A DNA stretch of 64,000 nucleotides from the NCBI GenBank assembly GCA_043228905.1, contig JBHGNT010000015.1, forward strand, positions 19,592,001 to 19,656,000, written 5' to 3'. Numbering within the stretch: position 1 is the first letter of the stretch; every line of letters starts with the position of its first letter. This DNA is from Azolla caroliniana (taxonomy: Eukaryota; Plantae; Polypodiophyta). The translations under genes were made by a program, and so were the position numbers. Positions 30,408-48,000 of the stretch are shown in pieces. Below the pieces are notes generated by a model, which saw nothing but the letters and a program-made list of their open reading frames with translations, made no database searches and was not told the origin of the DNA.

Positions 30408-33206
30408 CTAGGCAACTTTCTTTCGTTTGGTTGTCTGGGTGCCTCCATAGAACAAGAGCTGATACATTAAGATACTATTGGTAACAATACCAAGCAAAGT
30501 ACCCACCACCACTATCCAAATGTTAAAGAAGCCACATCTTGATTTAGATAAAAGTTCAAAGCCTTTTTCAGCTGTCCAAAAAATCTTAAGAAAACAGAAA
30601 GACAATCTTAAAGATCACTGTTAAACTTGACATATTGAAGGATACTGCTGAGAGGAGCCTTCTCTTGCAGACTTGTAAATAGCCGTGCTGAAAAATGAAA
30701 ATCAAGTGTATGAGGTGAGGCCATTCAAAAATAGAACTATTTGTCAGCTGAATTTAGATATATATGGTTACGCACCAAAGCAACCTCCAAAGTTCATAAA
30801 GTTTGTAATGAAGCTTAATTGGCCAGTACTCTTATTCTGTAGATAGAAAAATCGTAACACAACAATCCACACCATAATGAATGCAATTAATAATGAAATT
30901 CAAATATACCTGAAAATTTTCAGCAATCTGTGGAATCTTAGAAACTAAGAATATTGCATGCTGGGAAGCCTGTGCAAAGTAAACAATAAGTGAAGGGCGT
31001 AATATAAACTAGCCATGACTTGTGCATGTAATAAAGATCAATTATCAACTACCATATACTGGGCATCAAATAACTGAAGGATTAATTTATATGCATGACC
31101 TGCATGTGACATAACAATAAATGAACAACTTACATATAACGCTTCAAACAACATTGGATCCAGACGTCCTACCAGAAGATATGGAGCCAGAGCACAGTAT
31201 CTGTATAAGATTAAGAAACAGGAAGCAATAATGGTAACAGACGAGAAAGTGTTACATGGATAAAGATGATGAGAGAGAATTACTGTTCTACTGTATGCAG
31301 CCACCCCTAAGCCCTTAAACCTTTATTTGCTCAACAAAACAATGTTTTCTTGGACAGCCATATTATATTCTTATACTTTTCAATGGAATAGGATATACAC
31401 CTGTCCAAAAAACGCTCTCCCCCGTTCTACCCTAGCATACAAGACACTATTGAGACATCACTGAACTTTCTAACCAAACTGACATTACAGATTTGATATG
31501 TTGTAGTGTAAAACAGTGACAATTGTATAATGCCATCTCACAACATTAACAAATAAACAAAAGTTTAAATATCAAAAACTTGTTGATCTCATGATCGATG
31601 GATTCCGTCTAACGGGAAGAAAGCATCTCCTCAGGTAGAAATGCAGGTAGGGACATGCTCATCGCGTCAAGGCTGAGGGATATACCTGATTCACCCAGGC
31701 AAAGATGACAAATGATGTACAATGATGGACATCTAATGCAGAAAGCATGCATTCTTTTTTCTGAGAAATAACCATTTATTTTTCATCAATAAGGCTGATA
31801 GCCGTTGAGACACAATGAGGGTAGAACTATCATGTCGTTACCAGTGTATGTGTTGTGGAAGGTGCCCACACCCATGCAAGGAGCATAGACTATCTTGGAG
31901 GCATTAGTTAAAAGGTTAGACGAAGGCAGTTTTGAATATAAATTCATGCATAGTCTGAATAAGTATAGCCTGATACAATACTAGGCTTAAATATATGCAA
32001 GGGTTACCTACCCTCATGCGCACCATCGTCCTTCTCATTTTCCACATATGTAATTATATTGGTGACAAGCTTGAGTTACTCTATGCAAATCCTTAACTCA
32101 AGGTTCAAGGTTAAACATTTCTAGGTGTCACATGCAATGCATCTAGTTCTCTAGACAGCATCCATGCCTCAGCTCAAAGGATAATTGATTGGAATTAATC
32201 TTTATTTCTGGCCTTATTATGTTGTTCAATACATACATTGTCTTTTAATGACGTTGTTCCTAACACTGCCACATGCTCAAGAAACTTCTTGGTAGAAACG
32301 AAGATGTGTGTGACCATTGAAATGATTGCTGATATAATGGTATCTGAATGTTGGCAACCTAAGAATTACATGTTGATCATTTGTCTAATTCATGGGTAGA
32401 TGCATTTAAATCAAACTGACATGTTTGGAACTCTTTTGGCATTAATTCATGAACTCATATTGCAAAACTATAGCCTATTGCAATCATTATCAAAATAGCA
32501 TGATAAAAAAGGATACATTCCAGTTTTCAGCCATGTAGAAACACCCAGTGAAGAATAGTAGTACATAAGGCCAACTTGTACTATAGCTGCAAACAATCAA
32601 TAATTAAGACATTTAAGCATCAATGATCTCCAACAAAGAATACTGATCACATAGACCATGTGCTAATCTCATTGATTAAGTACAATTACATGGACTCAGC
32701 ATCAGGCCATAATCAAATACATAGTATCTATAGAACTGATGTCTATAGTGGAACTATGGTAATACATGTATGCATACATACATACATACATGTCATCCGT
32801 CTTCTAACCGACACCCATTCGTCAAAATAAATGGCAACAAAATGTGGGTTGCTCAATATAATATGTATATATATACTACCAGAATCATTACTTAACATAA
32901 GGAAACGCTGATGCTCTTGACTTACATTGAAGAAGAAGGAAAACAAGCTCTCCATAGGCGGAAAAGGACAGATCTTTGAAGATACAATATGCCAAGGCAA
33001 TGGTAAAACCTACGACTTCAAGCTCAAAAGAAGCGATGCTCAATCCTCTGATGCTTTTGTTCTTGAGGATCAAATAGATCTGAATAGAATGAGAAAGAAA
33101 GCAAGAAGGAATTAACATAAAGAATCTCAAGTGTAGACACGTTAATGAATCTCTCTTTCTGGAGGCTTAAGGTGCCATCTTTATTTATGGCATCCTTTAG
33201 GAGGGA

Positions 33207-33242
<36 letters not shown>

Positions 33243-33470
33243 TCCCCCCCACATTCCTCTGACAAAGATCAAAGTTATCATCCACGTGGGCGATAAAAGA
33301 AATCTATTCTAATCTCTATCTCTCTGTGAATCATTTACCTGTGGAAGTTTGCATATAGTAGAGGCAGCGATTATAGAGTAACCAAGTAGCTTGGAGATGA
33401 GGGGGAAAATGCAATCTGTGGTGGAAGGAAGCTCATGCTGAGAGAGAGAACGAAACACACAAGAAAGATC

Positions 33471-33473
<3 letters not shown>
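30408..33473 (-). CDS. MPDU1: Mannose-P-dolichol utilization defect 1 homolog (PQ-loop protein), 8 exons
   Basis: Exons: 33473-33339, 33079-32926, 32586-32517, 31200-31134, about 30969-30910, about 30837-30774, about 30687-30646, 30511-30408. Motifs include LISKLLGYSIIAASTICKLPQI, FSAYGE, SKIPQI, KSTGQLS and ARLFTSLQE. Confidence 0.95.
30512..30645 (-). other. U12-type GT-AG intron 7 of MPDU1
   Basis: The 5' splice site is GTATCCTTC. A branch-like TTCTTTAAC lies about 10 nt before the AG, with no pyrimidine tract. Splicing restores KAPLS-M-VVGTL. Confidence 0.87.
31201..32516 (-). other. U12-type (minor spliceosome) GT-AG intron 3 of MPDU1
   Basis: The 5' splice site is GTATCCTTT. A branch-like TTCTTAAT lies about 10 nt before the AG. 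Splicing restores KTGI-YCALAP. Confidence 0.85.
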
Positions 33474-33525
<52 letters not shown>

Positions 33526-33791
33526 GTGTGTGTGTGTATGTGTATATATTTCTGTGTCTTGTGATGGGTAGTTGCTCTGCTCTGTTCTGTATCTCTTGAT
33601 TTCAATTCAAAAACCCATTATTCCTTCCTTCCTTCCTTCTTTTCCTGAGTAGAGCTTCTATGGCATTATATAAAATCTGCCTCTCATCTCTGCTTACTCT
33701 GCCTCTCTATCTTTACCTCAGAAATTACCTCTCTCTGCCTCTGCCTCTGCCTCCAGACTTAGTAGTATGTATGTATGTAGTAGTAAATTAT

Positions 33792-34030
33792 CATAGTATG
33801 AACCATACGTACCATATCATTCGCGAATGTTTCAATCATTCGAGTATGGCAAACACCCTCGAAGTATGGTAAATACCACACCTTTTGTATTTATTATTAA
33901 GGTAAAAAAATTTTAAGGTGAGAAATTTAAGGTAAAAAGTGTAAAAAAGAAAGAAAGAAAGTTTTGATAACATACGCATTCGTTTACATTCGTATGAAAG
34001 GAATGTTTGCCAATGCATTCGAGTACTATG
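33792..34030. mobile_element. MITE-like element copy 1 (CATAGTA...TACTATG termini), about 320 bp upstream of the MPDU1 ATG
   Basis: It has short terminal inverted repeats. A diverged second copy lies 1 kb away in the same orientation. Confidence 0.65.
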
Positions 34031-34791
34031 GTAGTAATAGTGGCGGTGTGAACACACACACACACACCCCAACATGGCCCTCTCTCAGGCATTGACCTGT
34101 GCCGGTCACTTCGTAGTGTCCACATACATGAGATTGGGAAGAGGAAGAAGAAGCATATTGGCATGGACCAATTTGCTCAATGTGACTCGCTCAAATCCAT
34201 CACGAATGTGCACACTTCCGTGGGTACCCACGCCCATGATGTAAAGACCCACTAGTAAAAAAAAACGGGGGTGGGGTGGGGGGGGCATTGGGGCAATACA
34301 AAATCAATGTCCGGAGATTGCAACGGTATTTTTGGGAGCTGAAACTTGCAAGCTTAAACAAACAATCACACTGTGTACACACATCATAGGGTGTTTTGGT
34401 CACACCATTTCCACGATCTAATAAAAATAGCTCCATTCTTCTTGTTAACTTTATTGGAACTTGAATTCTCAGGAGTATTAAAAGGATCTCAGCGATAGGA
34501 ACTTGACGTCTCATGAGTATTGAAAGGACCTCAACAATAGTAATCAAACGTGATCCGCTCTCTTTAAAATGTGAAAGTTCCTGTCACTATCTCTTTTGTT
34601 TTTTTATATCCGCAGAATATACCACTATGCAACCATTGTTTCAATGATGTAGCTATTTTTCTTTAATAATATGAGTAGGACTCTAATCCGAGAAAAAGGT
34701 TAAGACTACAAAGTTTATCCCCTAGGTCCTAAGGCTTAATTCATTATGTGCTACACAAAGAAGCTTTGTGAACTAACCTTATACTTACAAG

Positions 34792-35029
34792 CATAGTATG
34801 AACCATACATACATTTGCATTCGAGAATTTTGCAATCTTCCGTGATGGTAAACACCCTTGAAGTATGGTAAATACCATACTTTGTATTCATTATTTATTA
34901 TAAGGTAAGAAAGTTAAGGTAAAAAGTGAAAAAAAAAACATAAGAATGTTTTGATAACATACGGATTCGTATTGCATTCGTATGAAAAAAGAATGTTTTC
35001 CAATGCATTTGAGTATATTACGTACTATG
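34792..35029. mobile_element. MITE-like element copy 2
   Basis: It shares catagtatgaaccatac, aaacaccct-gaagtatggtaaatacca and tttgataacatacg with copy 1, and ends in tactatg. Confidence 0.65.
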
Positions 35030-35836
35030 CAAGTTATAAGTATAATCTACCGGCACACCCAAAAAGTAGAGATTTGAACAACATTTTATAAAGCAACTCA
35101 CACACACATTATATGATTAATGCGTTGGAAACGTACACAAAGCATAAGAGTACAAAATCCCATGATTGATCTAAAACTTGTCTATGGCCAACATTCTCTT
35201 TTGGACATGCTCTGTTACTTTTTTTTATCAAATTGTGTAAGCTATCAAAAACATTAAGGTTTCATTTAGTTATTTTAAAATGTGTGGACTCGTTATTAAA
35301 GATGAGGTCTTTGATCAAGTTATGTAATTGTGTGACTATATACCACATTAATCTTCATTGCAGACTTGTTAAGAAAAACAATTCCTTAATCTGCTCCATG
35401 CTTTCCTTTCTTTCTCCCTCATCTTCTATTTGTGTAGCTTCTATTTTGACACTATTGGGAATTTTTCAGGTGAGAATCTTTTGCAATGATTGTCATATAA
35501 ATGTTTGGCACACAATCAAGTCCAATTCAATAAGCATGCATACAACTGGGAAGAAACATTGTTTATACAAGTTACTTGAGGATAAGCTCATGGAGTTTAT
35601 AAAGAAAGGTATGGATAATAACCAAATTGGTTATGTCATGAATGGATTAATTAGCAAACTCTCTAAACTAGCTAAGAAACTTCTTCGGACAATTCTAATT
35701 GAACCTAATGTTACAAATTACAATCTATGCTCTCACAAAATAAATGTGGCTCCTCAAGGACATTTTCACCATTCAACCACCAACAATTTAACCATAGTCT
35801 AAATCATTCCTTCTTGTTATTGCATCCTTGTACTCA

Positions 35837-35882
<46 letters not shown>

Positions 35883-38012
35883 CACGCACGCAACCATTTT
35901 TTATGACTCTAAATCCTCAACAATGCCATTTGTATCATCAATTCGCAATTTCATAGCCACATTAGTTACTAAAAAGTGATTGAGTTTGATGTATTGCTAA
36001 GGGGAGGAAAGGAAATTATTATTTAAGGTAGATTGAGTAACATGTTGAGAAGTATATGGGGGGAGATGATATGTAACTCTTTCATAAACGTAACATTGAG
36101 AAGAAAATTGTTGATTTGTAAACACATTGTGACAAGGTACAAAGACCTAGTGGAACTTGTAAAGGAACTTATAATTTTTTGAAAGATTCCTAACTCAATC
36201 ATTATATTGTTTTCAAGTTGTGACCACAAATACCCAAAGTTTCTAACTAAAATGTTAGTTAAAAGGGGAAAAAAAGATGTTACTATAGTTAAAAGGAAAA
36301 GACTGACACAATAACACTACTATCCTCAAAAGTAATAATTGGCATGTATTCACATCACAATACATGTCAAAGATTCTCAATGAGTATTCTTTGCACATTC
36401 CTAAAGCGATCGATGTCTTAGTCTTAGTAAGATCTTCCAAATCAATAATTGGTATCTCAAGCCATGGTGTGTGTTGCAACCAATCTCCAAAAGGTATATT
36501 GAGAGAAAAATAAAGTTTTGATCAAGATAGGAGAACAATGTGAAGTGATAAGGGTTACCAAATGAAGACTCATCAATTGATTTTCGATAGCTACCTCATG
36601 AGTATTCTGAAATTGCATGTCTCCTTTAATGTGAGAGTTGAAGAGTATCGACATGTGGCAATGGCGGCAATGGCCTTGACTACTTACCCAACTCGTTTAC
36701 ATATCAAAGTGACTATATTTTGTGGACTTCACTAGGATATTTTCATTTTCATGTATGAGTCATTCACAAATTTAGATGATGTTTACTAAAATGCACCTAC
36801 ATGTTTAGAATATTACTAAGTTCATCAAAGTTTAGTATCAAAGCTATCAACCAACTGTACATGATATTTATTATATTGCACCTATATGTTTGCCATATTT
36901 ACCAAGTATGTTGATTCTTGCTCCAAAGACACATCACTAAACTGGATCACACATGGCTTTATACACCATCTCCAAATTGACAATTTTTTGTATTACACTT
37001 GGAGCCTCCACAAATTCATGTGGCACTTACTAAACAATATCAGTTGTGACCACATAAACCATCCTCAAATTTACTTCTTTCTATACTATATCATGTTAAT
37101 TTGCACTAAGATTCTTGTAGGTTCACTCTTAATTGTTTTGATTCCAAAACTAGTTTGCAATTCCTACATGAACTATTAGAAATCACCAAACCACCTCTAA
37201 CTTGTTCCAAATTTTCAAAAAATACCAAAATACCCCTACACAAATCATGATCATGAAGAAAGACAATTAGTAAACAAGGCCATCAATTACATAAAACCCA
37301 AATCTAAGCTCAAATAAATAATATGGAATTTACCAACTAAACGTGTAGCGCTCAAGCATAAAACATTGTTCAAAAACGTGTTTGGTTGTTTGTGTGGTAG
37401 CGATAATAGTTACATTGGGAACAATTGCACTAGTAGCAACAACTTTAGTAGTGTTTGTTGTGAGGTTGCTTCAAGTTAGGCAGACCAAACATTTGAAAGT
37501 AGTATTAGTTGATGGAATAATGGTTGCACAACTATTAAGTAAGGATTCATTGAAATTAGGTTCACATCCCAATACTCTTGAGTAGAGGAATGCAACACTC
37601 TTTAGACAATCCAATACACTTCCTAACTAGCCAAAGAACTGAGATTGTCATAAACATTTTCATACAATGCAACAAGCAAGACGACCATGACATTATGATT
37701 ACTGATAAATCAATCCAACTTGTTACATGAGAATGTTGCCAAATCATACTTACAATATTCATATTTTTTAATTACAAGAACAAGAATATTACATGAAGGT
37801 GATTTGCCTGGACTTGTGCAAGGTTTTTATATACAACTGTTTGTAACTCTCAACAACATTTACAAGAACCCAGAAGACCATAGGAAAACTTTCCTGAGTC
37901 GTATTTGTAATGTATATATGCACACATTAAAGGTGTCATTTATATTGCACCTTTGGAGCTTTTCCTAGCTGAGGTAGACTTAGCATTCACAAACAGACAC
38001 TATGGATAAACC

Positions 38013-43384
<5,372 letters not shown>

Positions 43385-44267
43385 TTAAACACATAAATAC
43401 AGACTTAAATCAACAGACGAACAAAAAACACATGGAACTTTGGAAGGATGGATAGATATGCGGCTCAAACCGAACCGAACTGTTAAACCCTGGTTTAACG
43501 GTTTTTATTGGTTTGGTTTGGTTTAGAATTTTAATAAATGGCTTGATTTAATAAATTTTAATGGTTTGGTTTGGTTTAGAATTTTAATAAATGGTTTGAT
43601 TTCATGGGGGCAGTAATAAAAAAGCAAAACTCAAGATTGGACGACACCCACCGGCGTTCAAAACCTGTAGAAGCTCCTTTTTGTGTGCCTGCTTGCTTGC
43701 CCATTCCGTGAGCTTTTTTTGGGTCTCGTGTCCGAGAAGACGAGCCAACACATGACGGTGGGGGATGGCTCTTTGGTCCTCTTGGTAGGAATCCCTTGAA
43801 AGCTAGCTAGTATAGATATATGGGATGGGGGCAAAAAGATAAAATAAAGGTGTCCTGGAGTAACTTTCTTTTCTCTTCTTTTTCTTCTTGAGTCGATTTC
43901 CGCAAATGCCATATACAAACACCGATAAACTACATATTCTCTTGTCTCCCCTTGGCATGTCTTGTATTTCTGACATCGACCAGGTGACAAATGGGCGAAA
44001 AACAAAACATTCAAGAGAAAGAAGAAAGAAATACATATATATTAACGTATCTAAGACCAAATTTGAAGCATGAGAAAGAAATATGTTGATGTAATCTAAG
44101 ACCGGACTTGGACCATGAGAAAGAAGAGAGATAATAAAATGAAGATGCTCGAGAGTGGGGCCTGGGCCACAACTTGCCCGTTGTGTGTTTTCTGCCCTCC
44201 TCCTCTGACACGTACACATTCCAAAGTTTTTGGTGGACTTGGAGAAGAGCATGAGGTGGTCAGGGGT

Positions 44268-45005
44268 TCATAGAGCCTGAGGCGGGGTGGGAAAGAAGCT
44301 TGCTTGGCCGGAAAACCAGATACTAGGAAACCACTCGGGCTGTGCTTCGGCCAGAGTAGTTTTGGACAAAACCACCCTTCTTTCTTCTTATTCATAGAGC
44401 CCGAGGCGGGGTGGGAAAGAAGCTTGCATGGCCGGAAAACCACTCCGGCCCGTGCTTCGGCCAGAGTAGTTTTGGACAAAACCACCCTTCTTTCTTCTTA
44501 TTCATAGAGCCCGAGGCGGGGTGGGAAAGAAGCTTGCATGGCCGGAAAACCGCTCCGGCCCGTGCTTCGGGCAGAGTAGTTTTGGACAAAACCACCCAGC
44601 TTTCTTCTTATTCATAGAGCCCGAGGCGGGGTGGGAAAGAAGCTTGCCTCATCGAAAAACCAGATACTGTAAAACCACTCAGCCTGTGCTTCGGCTAGAG
44701 TAGCTTTGGACAAAACCACCCTTATTTCTTCTTATTCATAGAGCCCGAGGCGGGGTGGCAAAAAAGCAAACCAATTGCCGGAAAACCAGATACCGGAGAA
44801 CCACTCGGCCTGTGCTTCGGCCAGAGTAGTTTTGGACAAAACCGCCCTTCTTTCTTCTTATTCATAGAGCCCGAGGCGGGGTGGGAAAGAAGCAAACCAA
44901 TTGCCGGAAAACCAGTTACCGGAAAACCACTCGGCCCGTGCTTCGGCCAGCGTGGTTTTGGACAAAACCACCCTCAGTCCAAAACCACCCTCCTTTTCTT
45001 CTTAT
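44268..45005. repeat. Six-copy GC-rich tandem array (110-126 bp units) immediately upstream of the SET gene ATG
   Basis: catagagccYgaggcggggtgg begins units at 44268, 44393, 44503, 44613, 44737 and 44863. Each unit contains gtgcttcgg and tttggacaaaacc. Confidence 0.95.
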
Positions 45006-45043
45006 CCATTTCTCCAACCCCTTCGCTGCCAGAGAGAGAAGCT

Positions 45044-48000
45044 ATGGCGATGGCGTCTCCTTCCCTCTCCTCCATCGCCATCTCCATTGACATGCCCAGC
45101 AGAAGCAGAATCAAACACAGTCATCCTCTTGCTCCTCGTCGTCCTCATCTTCATCTTCATCTTCATCTTCGCCATCCATCCTCTCCTCCTCCCGATCTTC
45201 TTCGCTCCCCCCCGAATCTCAATATCAGTAGTTTCCATCCCAAGCTTCGTCGGAAACAACCCTGGCCTTTAATGGCTTCTCTCGGAAATTGGTCCCAGGA
45301 CTCACTCGAAGACATCAAGATTCGAGAGTTCACCTCATGGCTGAAGAAGCAAGGATTTCCTGAACAGGTCAATGAAAATTCCATAACTTGTTTATTCATC
45401 TTTTTCCTTTGTTTGGTTTTCCATATCATTGCATTTCTATACCTTTTGATATTGCATCTGCTATATCAGATCGAGATGGCTGCCTTTTATCTGATTTCTT
45501 GATTTCTTTTCGCCTTGTCCCTCAAATTTCGATTTGTCTTTTTATATTTCATTGATGTAATACATAAAACTGAAATCGTTGAATGTTGTCATATCATATT
45601 TCATAATCAGTGTCTCACGTTATCTTCACATTTTAGAGTATCTTTGATGGTGCTGTTGTTTTTTGATGTTATGATACTACAAAAGATCAGGTAGAATTTG
45701 TTTGTTTTTTGATTTCTTCTTTGTTATAATAGAGAAACTCGTGTTTCACAATATCCTTTCATTTTAGATAATCTTTGAAGTTAGCATTATTAATAGATAA
45801 CACTGAATATGTTTGTCGTTTTCTTTCATTTCTTGGTTCTGGTTACTGTAGAATGGAAGAATTAATATTGTTAGCACATAATGTCGAGAGTTTTTCCGTC
45901 TTGTGAAGGTAAAAAAATGGTTTCTTCACTGCTTGTGTTTTTTGTAGTTCCTTGAAATGGTTAATTTTTACATACAGATATGAGAAAGACTTCGAGTAGC
46001 CAGAAAAAGGAATCATTACTTCTCTGAAAAAATTGTCTAATGTTTTGGCGCCTTCACTGGTGTCTGTTGAGATTTGTTAACACAAGTAGAATGTGAGACG
46101 ACATACCTGGAGAAAAGAAAATTTTGATTGTATGACACCATTTAAATTTGAGGTGTTCAAAACAGAAATCATCTGATATGAAATAATATAAAAAATGATA
46201 AGCAAAAACTTCTGGTAAAGCATGAACATAGTTATGGTTATAAATAAGAAAAGTTGTCCTATGTTTAGAACTTATAATTTTACACGTCTTTGACTTGTCA
46301 TATAGGCTGTGGATCTAAAAATATCTGAAAGTGGAGAATTGGGATGCTTCGCTGTTCGAGATTTGCAAGTAAGAAACTGATGAGCTTGTTGCTCTTCTTC
46401 TACACTTTGACTTGAAATTATGAATTTGCTATACAGATGAAAGGTTTCTTGGGGTGAACTATCGAAATGCTACTCTAGTTTATCATAATTACAAAAATGC
46501 TTCTAAAGCTTACGAAATTCCCTAAAGGCCACAAACTATAGATTTGAGATTAGTTTATGCTTACTTAAATCTATGCTGAATCCATCTTCTTTTGTTAATT
46601 AAATCAACTTACAAAAACCTTGTCTTTTAACCCTATAAAATCAAGATGATTACTTACTTCTGGAAAAAAATTAATGACGGTTAGTTTTAGTTAATCAGAT
46701 TGATTAATGATTGATGGTTAGTATTCCCCCTTTTTCTATCTTGATAACTAGTAATAGGAATTGATCCATGCGACACTTCTTGAGTTACTAATAACTAGGA
46801 TGTAAACATGAGGCATTAATGGATGAGGCTTTGCTGAAATTGGAGAGACATTTTGGGAATTTTATAAACTTGGGTGGAATTTTGAGAATTATGGTAAAAT
46901 TAGAGCTCAATGTTTTTGATACTTTGACCCTTACTTTAATATAAGTGATGGAACACATCCGCTATGGCATTATTTACTTTATGATCATAAGAGTTGTGAG
47001 GATTTTACATCGATATGCTGCAGTTTGTGTGCTTATGGGATGCAGGCTGGTGATTTTGCGATCAAAGTACCCGAAAACTTCACCGTCACCTCAGCTGATG
47101 TTGCAAACCATCCTGTTATCTCACAACTTGCTGCTGGTGTGTAATCATATAACAGTCAATGCAAATTTTTTGTACACCTCTTTTTGTTTTGATGCTCAAA
47201 CCCTGAGACTTTGGTGAGCAAACTAAAACTTTTGCATATTCTTCTCACTCTGTATAGCACATAAATTCACTATCAAACATTGTCAAATTCATAGCTAAGG
47301 CAACCAAAAAATGTACGGCCTTACAAATATGGAGCATACTTATGGTTCTCAAGTACGTATGATCATACGTCTGGTGATTCAGTATAGTTCCTAAGCTTGA
47401 ACAGTAGCCAAAACCCTACCTAATAAATATACTTTTCAGCCTTATGGGTATTTTTTGTTTAGAAAATTAACACTGTGGAACAGTCATGAAGTTTCTCAAT
47501 CTCTTGTTACTGCATGATAGACATATTGACCAAGAATCAATTCTCTTTGTAGGGAGACCTGATTTGGTGGGCCTTGCACTCTGGCTAATATATGAGAGAT
47601 GGCTCGGTGAGAAATCTCTTTGGTATCCATATCTCAAGACCTTTCCTTCAGCAACTTTGAGCCCCATTCTATGGAATAAGTCAGAACAAGAAGCATTGTT
47701 AAAGGGCACTTCCATTGCAGGTTTCATTTCTCTTCTTGTGTGCTTTTGTACTGTGAAGGAATCTCCATTTGCTGAATATAAGTGTTTATTTGGATATCCT
47801 TAAAATGATATGCAAATTTACACTGTCAGTAGTTTTTAACACATTCAAATATCATGATCAACTGCAACAGTAGATATAAATTCAATGTATTCATGTTAAC
47901 ACCATTAAATTCATCATTTGCTGGCACACTATGTTTAGAAAACAAGTTTGCTTTTCACCATAGTTTCGTACGTAGTTATTGTGGTCAACTGCAATAATAA

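Noticed and set aside
35233-35802. 189-aa ORF
   Set aside because: It has no recognisable domain and lies in AT-rich, probably TE-derived sequence that I could not classify.
44268-45005. CRISPR-like repeat-spacer array
   Set aside because: Whole units are repeated with no unique spacers, there are no cas genes, and the context is eukaryotic.
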